64,000 nt of DNA from Octopus vulgaris (taxonomy: Eukaryota), in assembly GCA_951406725.2 (NCBI GenBank), contig OX597823.1, positions 13,578,001-13,642,000 of the forward strand, in the 5' to 3' direction. Every line of letters starts with the position of its first letter. The stretch's first letter is position 1. Below, piece by piece: positions 39,107 through 54,949 of this stretch. The position numbers and the translations under genes are program-made. The notes under the pieces were generated by a model. The model saw nothing but the letters and a program-made list of their open reading frames with translations. It was not told the DNA's origin and did not search any database.

Positions 39107-40889
39107 TGACAATTAACCTTTTATCTTATAATTAGTCACTAATACACTCATAGTGTTTTCCTGACCTACAAATGTATTATCACCTCAATCTCTCTTTTCA
39201 GTATGTATTACAGTAGCCAATGATTCGTGTTGCTAGCTGTCTTGTTCCATCTCCATTTTGGTTGGCCTGAAGTTCCCTTTTCTCCAAATATTGGGTCTAC
39301 TCACCGGGCCCTTCATAAACTAATATAATAATGTTCTTTCTCTCAATAACGCTGTACGTCAGGGTAATTTTCTTATTACCTCTACAGATATCAGATTTTA
39401 GGGTTTATTAAAAAAACTCAGTCCGTTGATATCACTGACCTCACCGGTTAAGCAAAGGTTATGGAAAGAGCCCTTCTTGCAGGTGGAACCATGCATCACA
39501 CAACTATACGAATAGCTAAATCCAATTACAGCCCCTTTATTTAAGATCTTGTGAGTATACGATGGCGTCCTCTAAAGGTCCTGGCTGGGGATGAAAGAAT
39601 ATACTAGAGAATCAGTTAATTATGGTTTTATTCAACATATCCCCCTTCAAGATTCACTCACACATTGCAGCGGTCCTTCAATTTTTTATAAGCCCCGTGA
39701 AAGAACGTTGGGGGTTGTGCCACCAACCAGGTTTTTTGCAATAGGCTTAAAGGCAGCAACTTTTCAGCTCCCCCCACCTGAAAAGTCTTAAACGTGAAAC
39801 AGTAATTCTTTAGGCAGATGATAAAAAATACTCTTTCATAAGAATTATAATTACAGATTTTAGGGCTTATTAAAACAGGCGCAGATATCAGTGAGTTGGA
39901 AAAATGGATTACGCTTAAACTAAATAGCTACGCTCTGATAAACTTATCATTAACCAAATCTGTATAGGAGAAATGTTTCAAGTAACAGCCAGAAATTAAT
40001 TTTTACTTTAAAATCGAAATTAGAGTCTGGTAGCTAATAGATGTCTCTGTAATGACAGAAGCGAATTTTGCACACGCACACACAAACACACATACGCACA
40101 CATACACACACACACATTCACACGCATTCACACACATTTTGGCACACATATATACTTACAAAGATATACAGAGAAAGACGTACGCATCATATATTCAAAA
40201 ACAAACATATATGGCTACACATATACAAAAGAGAATAGAAAATGCATAAAAGTACAAATCACGCAACTGGAATTATTTAAGACATTGGCAAATAAAATTT
40301 CAAATTAATTTCCGTTACTTCTGGCAGCCCTTTGATAATTCTAAGTTAGTCTTAAAGGGGTCTTCTCAAAAACAAAACAGTTGCATGTCTTTTCCCAGCA
40401 TGAAGTATAACAGAAGAACGTCTGGTTTACTGAAGCACGGTGCATATAATACGAAAAGTTAACTGCTGTAATCAATACAAAATACAACATTAATGTGACA
40501 CCTGAGGACTGCTTTAAAACCTTAGTGAGCACTAACAGCAAATCAGAGTCAATGAAAAACCCACAATTGAACTGTGAGAAAAAAAATTAATAATAGAGGA
40601 GTTAGTTTATTGGAGAACATATTTCGATTTTTTTGTTGTTGATTTTTTTTGTAATAGAACATATACATATAATGCTGTTCGATTTGCGTTGTTGTCAGTT
40701 TGAATTGCAGTGAAATCTATAAGTCAATATTAAAAGTTCTTCAATACATTGTTCTCTCCAAACTTTGTTTCACCGATTTATCAAAAATCAATGTGTTTTA
40801 TCGAACACTAGCTAAAGAACATGCATTTTACTTCCATTTATTTGCATAAGCATACACAAGAAGATATTCGTACACATATATTTGAGTTC

Positions 40890-41900
<1,011 letters not shown>

Positions 41901-42304
41901 CGAGAGAGACAGAGAGAGTGAAGATACTTTGGAAACAGAATATTATAGGTCTTTTTTTTTTTCCTTGGTTTCCCAATCAATTCCAGAAAGTTGCCTGAAG
42001 GCGATAGAAAACAGTAAACATTAAAAACTGCGGAGATTGATCTTGAATTAAACCCATAAAGATCACAGCGTCACAAACAGAGAAACTGTAAAATACATTG
42101 TCATGTGAGTTGGCTTGCATTCGTGTGGCTTGTATTTTTGATTCTGTGTGTGTATGTGTGTGTATGTGTGTGCATGGTATTATGCGTTTGTATGTATGTA
42201 TGAGTGTGCTCGTGACTATATTGCAAGCGTCTAAGAATGTGTTGTAATATGTAACTGCGTCACTAGCATTGAAATTCAGAAAAATACTGAAATATGTGTA
42301 TGTA

Positions 42305-42356
<52 letters not shown>

Positions 42357-42610
42357 TATATATATGTATGTATATATACATGTATATATGCTTGTATATA
42401 TACATACATGCATACTTATATATGTGTGTGTGTGTGCGTTTGTGTGTGTGTGTGCGTGTGTATGTGTGTGCTGTCTGAGCGTGTTTGTGTACGTGAGTGT
42501 TACTAGGTGCATATATATGCGTGTGGGAGAGAGAATGCCTATACGTGTGTATTGTGTATGTGTGTATATATACATATATAAATGTGTGTGTGTGTGTACA
42601 GATAAATGTA

Positions 42611-42648
<38 letters not shown>

Positions 42649-42735
42649 TCTCTACATATATATACCTGGGTAAGCACATAAATGTGAAACAAGGTGGAAA
42701 AAAGAGAACTCAAATACCAAAGGTAGAGTAATACG

Positions 42736-42788
42736 CTTTATTTAAAAGCAGCAGAAATATAACATATCTCTGCTGCTTTTAAATAAAG
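42736..42788. repeat. Inverted repeat, 20-bp perfect arms
   Basis: CTTTATTTAAAAGCAGCAGA / TCTGCTGCTTTTAAATAAAG. Confidence 0.9.
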
Positions 42789-42798
42789 TATATATATA

Positions 42799-42845
<47 letters not shown>

Positions 42846-42872
42846 GTATATATAAATATATATAAATATATA

Positions 42873-43277
42873 TAGGCGTAGTAGTGGCTGTGTGGTAAGT
42901 AGCTTGCTTACCGAAAAAATGGTTCCAGGTTCAGTCCCACTGCGTGGCACATTGGGCGAGTTTCTTCTACTATAGCCTCGGGCCTACCAAAGCCTTGTGA
43001 GTGGATTTGGTAGACGGAATCTGAAAGAAGCTCGTCGTATATATATATATACATGTGTGTGTGTGTGTATGCTTGTGTGTCTGTGTCTGTCGCCTCAACA
43101 TCCCTTGACAACCGATGCTGGTGTGTTTACGTCCCCGTAACTTAGCGGTTCGGCAAAAAAGACCGATTGAATAAGCACTAGGCTTACAAAGAATAAATCC
43201 TGGGGTCGATTTGCTCGACTAAAGGTGGTGCTCCAGCATGGCCACAATCAAATGACTGAAACCAGTAAAAGAGTAAA
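42873..43277 (+). mobile_element. SINE family A
   Basis: Full-length homology. Confidence 0.9.
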
Positions 43278-43338
43278 GTGTATACGTATATATATGTATG
43301 TATATGTATATACATATACATATAGATATATGCACATA

Positions 43339-43400
<62 letters not shown>

Positions 43401-43464
43401 ATTCAAAATGTGACCGCGTGTGTAACGTTGGGGATTTTTTTTCAACTGTCTTCCCTCCTCCTAT

Positions 43465-43498
43465 ATTTCCGACGCAGAGCTCCGCTCGAAACGTTAAA
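43465..43498 (+). ncRNA. Degenerate minimal hammerhead in a ~200-bp element within a TA array
   Basis: CCGACGC a gagc tcc gctc GAAACGTTA; downstream sequence related to 55440-55520 (-). Confidence 0.45.
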
Positions 43499-43598
43499 CC
43501 CTCCTTCTTTCCTTCTTTCCTGAGCGTCCAATAATACTATATTTATTCCACGTCCTCGTGTTGTTGTGTTTTTTTTGTGCTTTCTTGTTTGGATTAAC

Positions 43599-43642
<44 letters not shown>

Positions 43643-44800
43643 TACAATGTAATGTACTCGCATATATATGCACCTAGTAACACTCACGTACACGCTCAGA
43701 CATCACACATACATGCATGCATACATACATACATATTTGTATACATATATACATATATGTATACATATATACATATATATATGTGTATGTATATGTATAT
43801 GCATATGTATGAGTGTACGTGTGTGCATGTATGTGTATGTATTTACATTTGTGTATGTATATGTATGTATATATCTGTGTATAGGTAGACAGACAGAAAG
43901 ACAAGCAGACAGGCAGACAGACAGACATATAAATAGATAGACACGCATATGCATACATGTGTCTCGATCATTAATAATCGAGGTGTTTCGGAAATTGATG
44001 TTGGCTAATTGATTTTGCCATCCTCAAATGAGAATGTGTGAATCATTGGGCCTGGTTCGTCCATTTGTTAATAACCAAAAATGCTGTTGACTACGAACTG
44101 CCTAATCTTCGTTTAATTCATCTGGAATATAAGTTATTCAGATATAACAAGCAAGACTCTAGCCAAGAAATGCTTACATTAAAGCCATTGGGTATTGATT
44201 TTATGGAAGCCATCTGCCGTTTGTCTTGCATTATATATCTAGTTTTGAGCATATTTGAACGTTCGCGGTTCTCCCGAGAAACATCATCAGGACTTCAAAT
44301 AGTCCAGACATCATCCCGTTTAATGGTATCTTCGCTTATTCATGCTTTATTCTCGACCTGTCAAAAGCAGCTGTAAAATTTCCTCCAGATTTCCCTCTGT
44401 TGTCGTACAGAATGGCTGTAATCAAGTTCTACATACATAATGTCGGGAAAAATATAATGACTGTCGCGATACGGATTTCGAATAGAGGTCTACTCAACAA
44501 TTATGACCGAATTCTTAACGATAAGTTACAAAACAATCTGCAAAAACAGATTATTAGAAATAGCTTTGTGTATATATAGGCGCAGGCCTCATCCCCTATT
44601 GGATCTCCTTGCACAACTTATAATACATTTAGGCTACTAACGTACCTCTCTTATTATTTCGTGTTTAGTATACTATAGTATCCCTTATCTAATGAGTAAA
44701 CACTAGATATTACACATTTAAACAATAATGGTTATTTTTTATAGGAAGTAAAATCAATCTTATAATGATTCTGCTTGTCCCTGCGTTACTTAGCCCATCC

Positions 44801-45097
44801 GTAACGTTTCCCAGTGATTAGCTGAAGGGAAAGTCGAAGAGCGAGAGAAAATGCGTGAGAAAGAAAAGGACGGAGAGAGAAAAAGAGGGATTGAAAAGCG
44901 TCCATGACGCGAGGTAGAGGGAACGTAATTGTAACGCTTTCAAGTGATTAGTTGAAAGGAAACAGAGAACAAAGGGAGGAAAGAAAAAGGAAAGCGGAAA
45001 AGAGAATAAGGTGAAGAGTACGACAAAAAGATGGAGAAAGAAAAGACGGAGACAGAAAGAGAAGCGTCCGTGATGTGAGGTAGGGGGAACGTAATAT
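44801..45097. repeat. Diverged two-unit tandem duplication
   Basis: GTAACG..AGTGATTAG.TGAA at 44801 and 44931; AAGCGTCC.TGA.G.GAGGTAG.GGGAACGTAAT at ~44895 and ~45062. Confidence 0.7.
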
Positions 45098-45628
45098 TTA
45101 TTACGTAGCTAAAAAAATTAGTTGAAGATTAGTGATAAAGACGAGGAGCGTTACGAGTATAACTTTAGCAGAGGGGTGATGTTCTGATGGTGAGGTGAAA
45201 AAAAGGTAAAGAGAGAGAGAGAGAGATAGAAACGATGATGGTGATGATGATGATGATGATGATGATGAGGAGGAGGAGGAGGAGGAGGAGGAGGATGGCG
45301 GTGGTGGTGGTGGTGGTGGTGGTGGTGGTGGAGATGGTAGTGAATTGAAAGGTGTACGCAAGACCCATCGCCATGGCTTATTTGTTACCAAAGATGTGGT
45401 TTTCAGTGTATGCTACGTTGCATTAAATTTTTACCCCAATGAAATTGTGACACCTGTGTCTTACATCTGATAGTAGGTCGTCAAGTTTGAAATTTGTAGT
45501 AAGGTATATGGTAAACTTTGACAGCTGCTCATTTTGCGCCTTTATTATATTTTTACAACCTTTATTTTCTCGTTAGAAAGCTGACACATCTATTTTTTAT
45601 TCTAACTCATTTCGCGCTTTATAAAGTA

Positions 45629-46534
45629 CTAGCAGTATCGCCCGGCATTGCTCGGGTTTGTAAGGGAAATAACTATAAAGCATTTTTAGAGAATTATAGC
45701 CAAAAAATACCAAAAAAATGCATTAAAAATGGAAAAAAAATTATAGTAAATTTTTTTTAAATCGTTGACTCATCGTAGACATTTTTAGAGAGTTACTTCC
45801 CTTATATAATAGCAAAAGAATGCATTAAAATGGGAAAAAATGATGGCAAATTATTTTAAAAATCGTAGACGATTGTAGACGCGCGCTAATACCCAGAAGG
45901 GCTCGATATGAATCACGACTATAAGATACCCGGTTTTGGTTAAACTGCACCGCAAAATGTGGGAGTAGTTAGGAATCTAAATCGTAGGAGACAGACACAC
46001 AACTTCACTTTTATATAAAAAGATTTGTGCAACAACTAAAACATTCGGTTGTGCAAATTGTTTGCACAGGAAACCTGCCCTGTGTGGCGGTTTATGCCGT
46101 TTTTGTGGATCTGTTTCAGCTTTTTTAGCGATTTCTGTTTTGGCGACTTCAAGCCATGAAGTCGTTGTTCTAAAAGAACGCTGGTCTCCTTGATAACGCT
46201 TTACGACGTTGATTTCCTTACACTCCCTTCCCCACAGCTTCACGAGGGAGGGACGAAAGGGGAGAAGCAACACAGGTGCAGGTGTGAGCATGGACGCCAA
46301 CTCCGCCGCCATCGACACATGAAAAATATGCGTTAAAATGGAAAAAAATTATGGTAAATTATTTTTTAAATTGTAGACTCATCGTAGACGCGCTAATACG
46401 CAGACGGGCTCGATATGAATCACGACTATAAGATACCCGAATTTGGTTAAACTGCACCGCAAAATGTTGGAGTAGTTAGGAATCTAAATCGTAGGAGACA
46501 GACACTCACACAACTTCACTTTTATATATATAGA
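45629..46534 (-). mobile_element. Composite non-autonomous Helitron (two 5' ends, one 3' end)
   Basis: 5' TC ends at 46534 and 46023; hairpin plus CTAG at 45629; ~300-bp extra segment 46024-46320. Confidence 0.85.
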
Positions 46535-46572
46535 TTTATAAATCGTTTTTTTTTTTCTATTTTTGTTTAGAA

Positions 46573-47538
46573 ATGGTTAAGTCGAAAATTCGTACAGTTT
46601 TGAAATATGAGTTCTTTCTTGGAAATACAGCATCACAGACAGCTCTTATAACAGTAGACAGTATCAAATTGGTTTGCAAAATTTCGTTCTCGTAATTTTG
46701 ACCTCACAAATGAGCAACACAGTCGACCAAAAACAAAGGTGCTTAATGACAAACTGAAAGCCACCGCCGAGTCAGATCCATTTCAAAGTGCCCGTGAATT
46801 ATTGTTGTTTTTTGATGTTAGCAAGCAAACAATATTGACTTACCTAATTCAAATCGGTAAAGTGAAAAATTTGGATAAGTGGGTTGCACATGAACTCAAT
46901 GAAAATCAGAAACAGTAACATTTGGAAGGCTGCATTATGCTACTTTCTCGTCAGAAGAATAAATTATTTTCTAACTGAAATTAATCTAATGCAACAACCG
47001 TAAACGATCAATACAATGATTGGACAAAGATGAGCCGCCAAAACACAGTCCAAAAAGCAAAATTCATCAAAAGATGGTGTGTGTTTGGTAGTCTGGCGCA
47101 GGTGTGATCCATTATAATTACATTAAACCTGGCTCATCAATCACGACCGAAGTATACTACAGCCAACTGGACCAAATGATGCAGAAACGTACAAAAAAAC
47201 AGCCTAGCTTAATCAACAGATCCACTCCTATTTTATTGCAAGACAACGCCAGACCACACATCAAAAAAATGACATTGGCGAAACTACGGGAGTTAGAGCT
47301 GGAAGTTCTCCATCATCCACCATACTCTCCTGATCTTGCCCCCACTGACCACTACTTCTTCCTGAATTTCGATAACTTTTTGATAGGAAAAACATTTAAT
47401 TCCGACGATGCTGTAAAATAGGTCCTCCAAGATTTTATTGATTCTAGATTGCCACGCTTTTACAGTTCCGGGCTGGACAAGCTACCGCTGAAAAGGTAAA
47501 AGGGTATTGACAATATGGATGCATACTTTGATGAATAA
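46573..47538 (+). pseudogene. mariner transposase pseudogene
   Basis: MVKSKIRTVLKYEF, WVAHEL, LLQDNARPH, HPPYSPDLAPTDHYFF; stops and frameshifts. Confidence 0.92.
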
Positions 47539-47924
47539 AACTATTCCTTGTAATTATAAAACTTTAGCAAACGTTCTTTCTCTTTTCTACAAAATTCATA
47601 TTTGACGACAACATTTTTACTACAAAATTTTTGTTTCCTAGGAATGAAATTGTGACAGTGTAAAATTCAAAATGTAATTTGTTTTTTTAATGGGTAAAAT
47701 GAAAAAAATTGGAGTGAATATTTATTCTATAAATGCTGTGTATTAAGTCTATAAAATTGTGCACAAAGTATATTAAGTACATAACGTGAATTAAGTAATT
47801 ATCGTATTCCAATTTCATTCACTTTTCAAAGAGTTAAAGATGAGCGACTATCTTTCCATACAGACACAACACAGGCACAACACTCTTTCAGGTTTTTGGA
47901 TAAGGTTTTCAGAAATACCCAATA

Positions 47925-48027
47925 AATTTACCATTAAATCCGTGAGATATTCATGGGTCCTGCTAGTAAGAAATAATGTATTTTGAAGCAATTTCATTGT
48001 AATGATCTATTTTTGAATAATAGGGTA
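47925..48027. repeat. Unclassified repeat, second copy at ~49932-50031
   Basis: TTTACCATTAAATCCGTGAGATATTCA..CATTGTAATGATCTATTTTTGAATAATAGGG in both. Confidence 0.8.
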
Positions 48028-48180
48028 ATCAATAACAATACAAAAGTAATTGGGCATTTTCTTTACTTTGTAATGCTTTCTTCATCCGACATGTGCGGAA
48101 GCTGGGCGATGAACGTAAAATATCTGCCAGGAAACTGATTATATTCGAAGTAGTTTATTTTTACAATATTAGTTTTCCAA

Positions 48181-48752
48181 AGGCGGGGAGCTAGCAGAAA
48201 CGTTAGCACGCCGGGCGAAATGCCTCGCGGTATTTCGTCTGCCGCTACGTTCTGAGTTCAAATTCTTCCGAGGTCGACTTTGCCTTTCATCCTTTCGGGG
48301 TCGATTAAATAAGTACCAGTTACGCACTGTAGTCGATGTAATCGACTTAATACCTATGTCTGTCCTTGTTTGTTCCCTCTGTGTTTAGCACCTTGTGGGT
48401 AATAAAGAAATAGGTATTTCGTCTGCCGCTACGTTCTGAGTTCAAATTCCGCCGAGGTTGACTTTGCCTTTCATCCTTTCGGGGTCGATTAAATAAGTAC
48501 CAGTTACGCACTAGGGTCGATATAATCGACTTAATCCGTTTGTCTGTCTTTGTTTGTCCTCTCTGTGTTTAGCCCCTTGTGGGTAGTAAAGAAATAGGTA
48601 TTTCGTCTGTTTGAGTTCTAATTCCGCCGAGAATGACTTTGCCTTTCTTTCTTTCGGAGTCAATAAATGAAGTACTAGTTGAGTACATGGATCGATCTCA
48701 TCGACTGGCCCCCTTCCCAAAAATGTCCATTCTTGTACCTACAGTTAAAAAG
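48181..48752 (+). mobile_element. SINE family B trimer
   Basis: One head, junctions AAGAAATA|GGTATTTCGTCTG, last unit with alternative tail; TSD-like AATATTA(GT/AC)TTTCCA. Confidence 0.9.
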
Positions 48753-49320
48753 AATATTAACTTTCCATCGAATTCGGCACTCCTATTTGTTTCTCCTTCA
48801 AAAAATTAGTGAGTTAATGATTAGCCTTTAAAAACTTGTAACCAATAACCTTCTTTGTTTCCAAACTGGTGTAAACTGCGTATTTTATAGACTGCCGAGT
48901 GATGAAAAGTAAAGTTAACCTCGGCGGAAATCGAATGCAAAATGTAAAATGCTGGAACGATTCTGTCAGTTCACAGCTGTTAATATTAGTATAGGCACTT
49001 TGCCAGCAATTTTGAGGAGAGCGAAAAGTGAATTATAGTATATTATTCCTAGTACTTGGCTAGTATTTTGTTTTAGTTGCTCATGAAAGGATGGAAAATA
49101 AAGTTATCATAGTGGTATTATTAAATAGTACACACAGTTCTATAACAAAATACGGTAAATCAGTTTCTCCGTTCCAAATAAGATATTTTATGAGACAAAT
49201 TATGTTATCATGAATCAATTCTTTTTCTTTCGTTTTTAGATTTGGTTTGCAAGATTCTTTATGAGTTCGTGTGTTGAAAATAGAAATAATAACACAATGT
49301 TTTAAAATAAGAAATAAATA

Positions 49321-49713
49321 AGGCGCAGGAGTGGCTGTGTGGTAAGTAGCTTGCTAACCAACCACATGGTTCCGGCATCTTGGGCAAGTGTCTTCTGCTA
49401 TAGCCCCGGGCTGGCCAATGTCTTGTGAGTGGATTTGGTAGACGGAAACTGAAAGAAGCCCGTCGTATATTTATATATATAAGTGTGTGTGTATATGTTT
49501 GTGTGTCTGTGTTTGTCCCCCTAGCATTGCTTGACAACCGATGCTGGTGTGTTAACGTCCCCGTCACTTAGTGGTTCGGCAAAAGAGACCGATAGAATAA
49601 GTACTGGGCTTACAAAGAATAAGTCCCGGGGTCGATTTGCTTGACTAAAGGCGGTGCCCCAGCATGGCCGCAGTCAAATGACTGAAGCAAGTAAAAGAGC
49701 AAGTAAAAGAGTA
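49321..49713 (+). mobile_element. SINE family A (B-box region deleted)
   Basis: Homology to other copies. Confidence 0.9.
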
Positions 49714-50436
49714 AATGGAAATTTTACCTGTGAGTGTGTTAAATTATAAGGCACAAAAAGAAAACCACTCTCCCCAGACACAACAGAATTCTTTTTCTTC
49801 CTGCGTTTTATGAGCAAAACAGTTCATTTCACGTTGATCCAGTCGATTCAGCTGGAAAAAATTAATAATCCTGTGACGAATCGGCGTTCCGTCCAGGGCA
49901 CACAATGTTCGCCACAGAATCCGAGAAAGCTCTTTACCATTAAATCCGTGAGATATTCACGGGTCCCGTTAGTAAGAACTAACGTATTTTGAAACAATTT
50001 CATTGTAATGATCTATTTTTGAATAATAGGGCTTTGATTTCAATAACAGAGCTTTGATTTCAAACGCGCATGCGCGCGTGTGTGTGTCTATGTGTGTGTG
50101 TTTGTCTGAGTGTATGTATATGTGTGTGTATGTGGGTGTGAGTGTATGTGTGTATATGTGTGTGTGAGTGTGTATGTGTATGTATGTGTTTGTGTGAGCG
50201 TGTTTGTGTGTGTATGTGTGTGAGTTTGTATATATGTGTGTATTTGTGTGTGTTTGTGTATGTATAAGTGCGTGTATGTATGTGAGCGTATGTGTGGATA
50301 TGTGTGTTTGTGTGTCTGTGTATGTGAGTGTGTATATATATGTGTGTTTGTGTGTGTGCTTTTGTATGTATGTGTGAGTGTGTATATGTTTGTATGTATG
50401 TGTGTATATGTGTGTATCATTTATCATTTATCTTTC

Positions 50437-50815
50437 ATTTCTTTCAGTCATTTCATTGTGGCCATGCTGGGGCACCACCTTCAGAAAGTATTTTAGTTGT
50501 ATGTATCGACACCAGTACATATTTTTTAAAGCCTGTTACTATTCAATTGGTTTCCTTGGACGAACCGCCAATTTACGGGGACGTAAACACACCAGCACCG
50601 GTTGTCAAGCAGTGGTGGGAGGACAAACAAGGGCAGAAAGATACACACATAGATACATATATACGTGGATACGACGAGTTTCTTTCAGTTTCCGCCTGCC
50701 AAATCAACTTACAAGGCTTTGGTAGTCCCAGTGCAATAGTAGAAGATACTTGCCTAAGGTATCACGCAATGGTACTCAACTAGAAGTCATGTGGTTGGGA
50801 AGCAAGCTTCTTAAC
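50437..50815 (-). mobile_element. SINE family A, diverged
   Basis: Homology to other copies. Confidence 0.8.
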
Positions 50816-50821
50816 ACTCAA

Positions 50822-50860
<39 letters not shown>

Positions 50861-51255
50861 GATATTCTACATCATCCATAGTCCCAGCAGAACTCTATAT
50901 AAAATATTCCGAGATAATTTCGAATTGACGACGCAAGAAGCATCAATTATTTTACTCTTGAACACGTCAAAAATTCGGCATTAGAGTATGACAATCATCA
51001 TTTTATCTTTTAATCTGTTAACAGTCAATAAATAGGTTCAAGTTCTTCTCCTTAACAACGCAGTGCCGCTAGGATAAAGCACTGCCGATAGGACAAACTC
51101 GCAATTTGGGAGAGAAATCTCTGTTTAGCTCACAAACTTTGACACATACACAAAAAGGCATACTTACCAAACGCACAAGATGTTATTTCAATCATTTAAT
51201 ACCATCTTGTGCATTTGTCTCCATTTTCCTTTACACTTATGTTACATGTACATAC

Positions 51256-51307
<52 letters not shown>

Positions 51308-51311
51308 ATAA

Positions 51312-51354
<43 letters not shown>

Positions 51355-51365
51355 TATAGATATAT

Positions 51366-51437
<72 letters not shown>

Positions 51438-51690
51438 GCACAATTCTAGGAGTGAATTTGCACTGCTTTTTAGAACGATAACTAACGTCCTTATCTGTTT
51501 AGTGTGTGGATTTACCTGTTCGTTCCTTTACCAAGCTCCTGTTTCACTTTTTAACATTATATACCTACGTATATATACATACATATATATATACGCACAC
51601 ACACACACCGATACATACATACATACATACATACATACATACATACATACATACATACATACATGCATACATACATACATACATATATAC

Positions 51691-51723
<33 letters not shown>

Positions 51724-52389
51724 GATCAATAAATGGTGGGGTTGTGTTATATATATATATATATAACCTAGACGATAGCGTGTAGTCATTTACACAGCAG
51801 ACACACTAGTAGTCTAGTAGTCTTTATACTGATTGACTTAAAGACAATTAGATTACTGAATGATAAAACAACAAAAAGGAGAAAAACACTTGTCAATGAA
51901 AATGGTTCAAAAAGTGATAACGTAAATGGCGTAATACCGTCTCAAAGATGTCTACCTCTACTTTACTTATACTATTAAGGCCAACCAATTGAAGAAGAGA
52001 GAATAGAGAGTTGTTAAATATACGAAACAAGGATATAAAAATTATTGAGGGGGGGATGAAGAGAGAGAGAAATAAATAAATAGATAAATAAATAAATGAG
52101 TAAAGAAAGAAAGAAGGGAAGAAATTCTAGTTAATCTTTATTAGCAATCAGATTGACTTTCCTCTAAAGAGATCAAAGTAGATGCTTGTAAGAGATTAGA
52201 AGTCGACTGTAGCCAACGGGGGGAAAAGGAAATCAAAAATGTGTTGCGTTAAAGAGTGAAGTTGATTTAAGTGTGAGTATTCCGGTCCATTATTTAGTTA
52301 TGACACCAGTTCGGAGGAAGTGAGGTGGGGAGGGTTATGTGGCTGAACAAGGGGCGGTGTAAACAGCTATAAAGGTAGTTTTATACACA

Positions 52390-52461
52390 TACATATGTAT
52401 CTCTGTATGTCTAACTATTTTATGTATGTACATACACAAAAAGGTGTGCACATATACATGT

Positions 52462-52529
<68 letters not shown>

Positions 52530-52542
52530 GTGCAGATATATA

Positions 52543-52573
<31 letters not shown>

Positions 52574-52647
52574 CTGTGTTGGTGTATATATATATACATA
52601 TACATAAATATACATATATGGGTATTACATATGCATACATGCATATA

Positions 52648-52687
<40 letters not shown>

Positions 52688-53035
52688 AAATATACATATA
52701 TATATACGTATATATATATGTATGTGTGTATGTATATATATCTGTGTGTGTGTGCATGTGTATATATATATGTATATATCTATATATCTGTGTGTATATA
52801 CATATATATATACACACATATATATGTATGCATATCTATTGATATATATATATATTTAGAGATATATGTATGTATGTATATACTTGTATGTGTGCGTGTG
52901 TGTGAGTGTATTTGTATGTGTATTTGTGTTTGTGTGTGTCTGTGTATGTATGTATGTATATATGTACGTATATATGTATGTATGTATGTACGTATGTATG
53001 TATGTATGTATGTATGTATGTATGTATGTATGTAG

Positions 53036-53068
<33 letters not shown>

Positions 53069-53200
53069 TACGTATGTATGTATGTATGTATGTATGTACG
53101 TACGGACGTATGTTTGTATGTATGTATGTATGTATGTATGTATGTATGTATGTATGTATGTATGTATGTATTTATGTATTATGTATGTATGTATGTATGT
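52390..53200. repeat. TA/TG/TATG microsatellite complex
   Basis: Direct reading. Confidence 0.95.
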
Positions 53201-53477
53201 ATTATAGAAGATTGGAATTCGAATAGTGTGAAGCTGTTGCTTCAAAAAGACAAAACAACTACCGAGCGACACACTAGGAATGCGAGAGAAAAATTGGAGA
53301 AAAACAAAAAGTAATAAATTAATAGAAAGAAAGAAATACAGAAGAACAGTGGGAGCGGGGTGTGGGGGATAAAGTGAGGCTGAGAGAAAGAAATTATGTG
53401 AATAAGAGAGAAAGAGTAATATACACGCAAAGATATTGGTAAAATGGAGTGCAGAAAGACACAGAGCGAGAGAGAGA

Positions 53478-53533
<56 letters not shown>

Positions 53534-54339
53534 TGCATTAGAAATTTATAAAGAAATATACGTAGCTTAATGGAGGAAAGTGTGCGGAATAAAAATATAG
53601 AAGAATAAAAAAAAAAGTTAGATAAGGAGAGTAGAAATGATAAAATAAGTCGAAATAGAAGGTGAGAACGGAGAAACAAGACACGGATGGAAAAGGAGGG
53701 AAGAAAAAAAAATATCAAAAAATAAAGAGTTAAAAGACGGGAATGAGGAGTGAGTTTTAGAGGGAGAGCTAGGAAGCGGAGAAAGGGAGAGTATGGAAAG
53801 AGAGGGCAGAAAGATTTCGGTTAAAAGGAAAAAAAAAAATGAGGCGAAATTAAAGTTTGAATTAAGTCAAAATCAAAGAGTGTCAAAGAACGAACAACAA
53901 ACGAAACAGAAACAGCAATGACGTCGATAGCGATGACAACGGCTCTGGCGATGACAACAAACAGCAATAACAACGATGGAGACTAGCGCAACATCTAAAA
54001 GAACATCATAACCTAACATAAAGAGTAAGAAGGAAAGTGCTAGAAATAACCCGGTGCTCTATTATCGTTGTTTTCAAAGTCCAGACATCTAAAGGGTGAA
54101 TGGATTAAATTAATTTAAATTGTGCTCCAGTCTCAATAAATATAGATATCTAGGTAAAGTTTTTTTTCGTCCACGTATTGGAATGAAAGAAGACTAAAAT
54201 ATGTTTCGAAATATACTGGAAAATGTACTTTTTTTTTTTTACTCTCGTTTCTCTGCATCATATTTTATTTTAAATATAATTTGGGTGTCTAAGATTTCTC
54301 TTTTTTCAGATTCGACAGATACATAAATATTTTGTAGTT

Positions 54340-54640
<301 letters not shown>

Positions 54641-54879
54641 ATTGATTGATTGATGCTGTATGAATAAATTGAAAGGAATATAAAGCGATTTAATGTAGCC
54701 AGGTAGCAGGGATTTATCACCGCGCTGCGATATAATCAAGACTGAATTTTGCACCAAAAAGGTAATATGAGATTTTCACTCATGGCAACTACCTCAATAA
54801 AGCATATTCTTAATTGCCCTCGTTCAACTGAGGATGAATAATACATCTTGGTATTAATACCGCCTCTTTCGCCATATAA

Positions 54880-54949
<70 letters not shown>

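Larger units (their letters stand above)
45474..47612 (+). mobile_element. mariner DNA transposon relic, with a Helitron in its 5' UTR
   Basis: Imperfect TIRs GTCGTCAAGTTTGAAATTTGTAG / CTACAAAATTCATATTTGACGAC. Confidence 0.8.

Noticed and set aside
39930-40555. Hammerhead-like traces at ~39935 and ~40502 (also ~50921, ~6055, ~3375)
   Set aside because: Multiple core or stem defects; indistinguishable from chance without a covariance-model score.
44038-44376. 112-aa plus-strand ORF
   Set aside because: No recognisable domain; the minus strand shows weak LINE-like traces (NGMMSGLFEV, IKRRLG), so it is probably decayed repeat.
45977-46318. 113-aa ORF in the Helitron extra segment
   Set aside because: No Rep/helicase or host-protein motif recognised; runs into the Helitron terminus.
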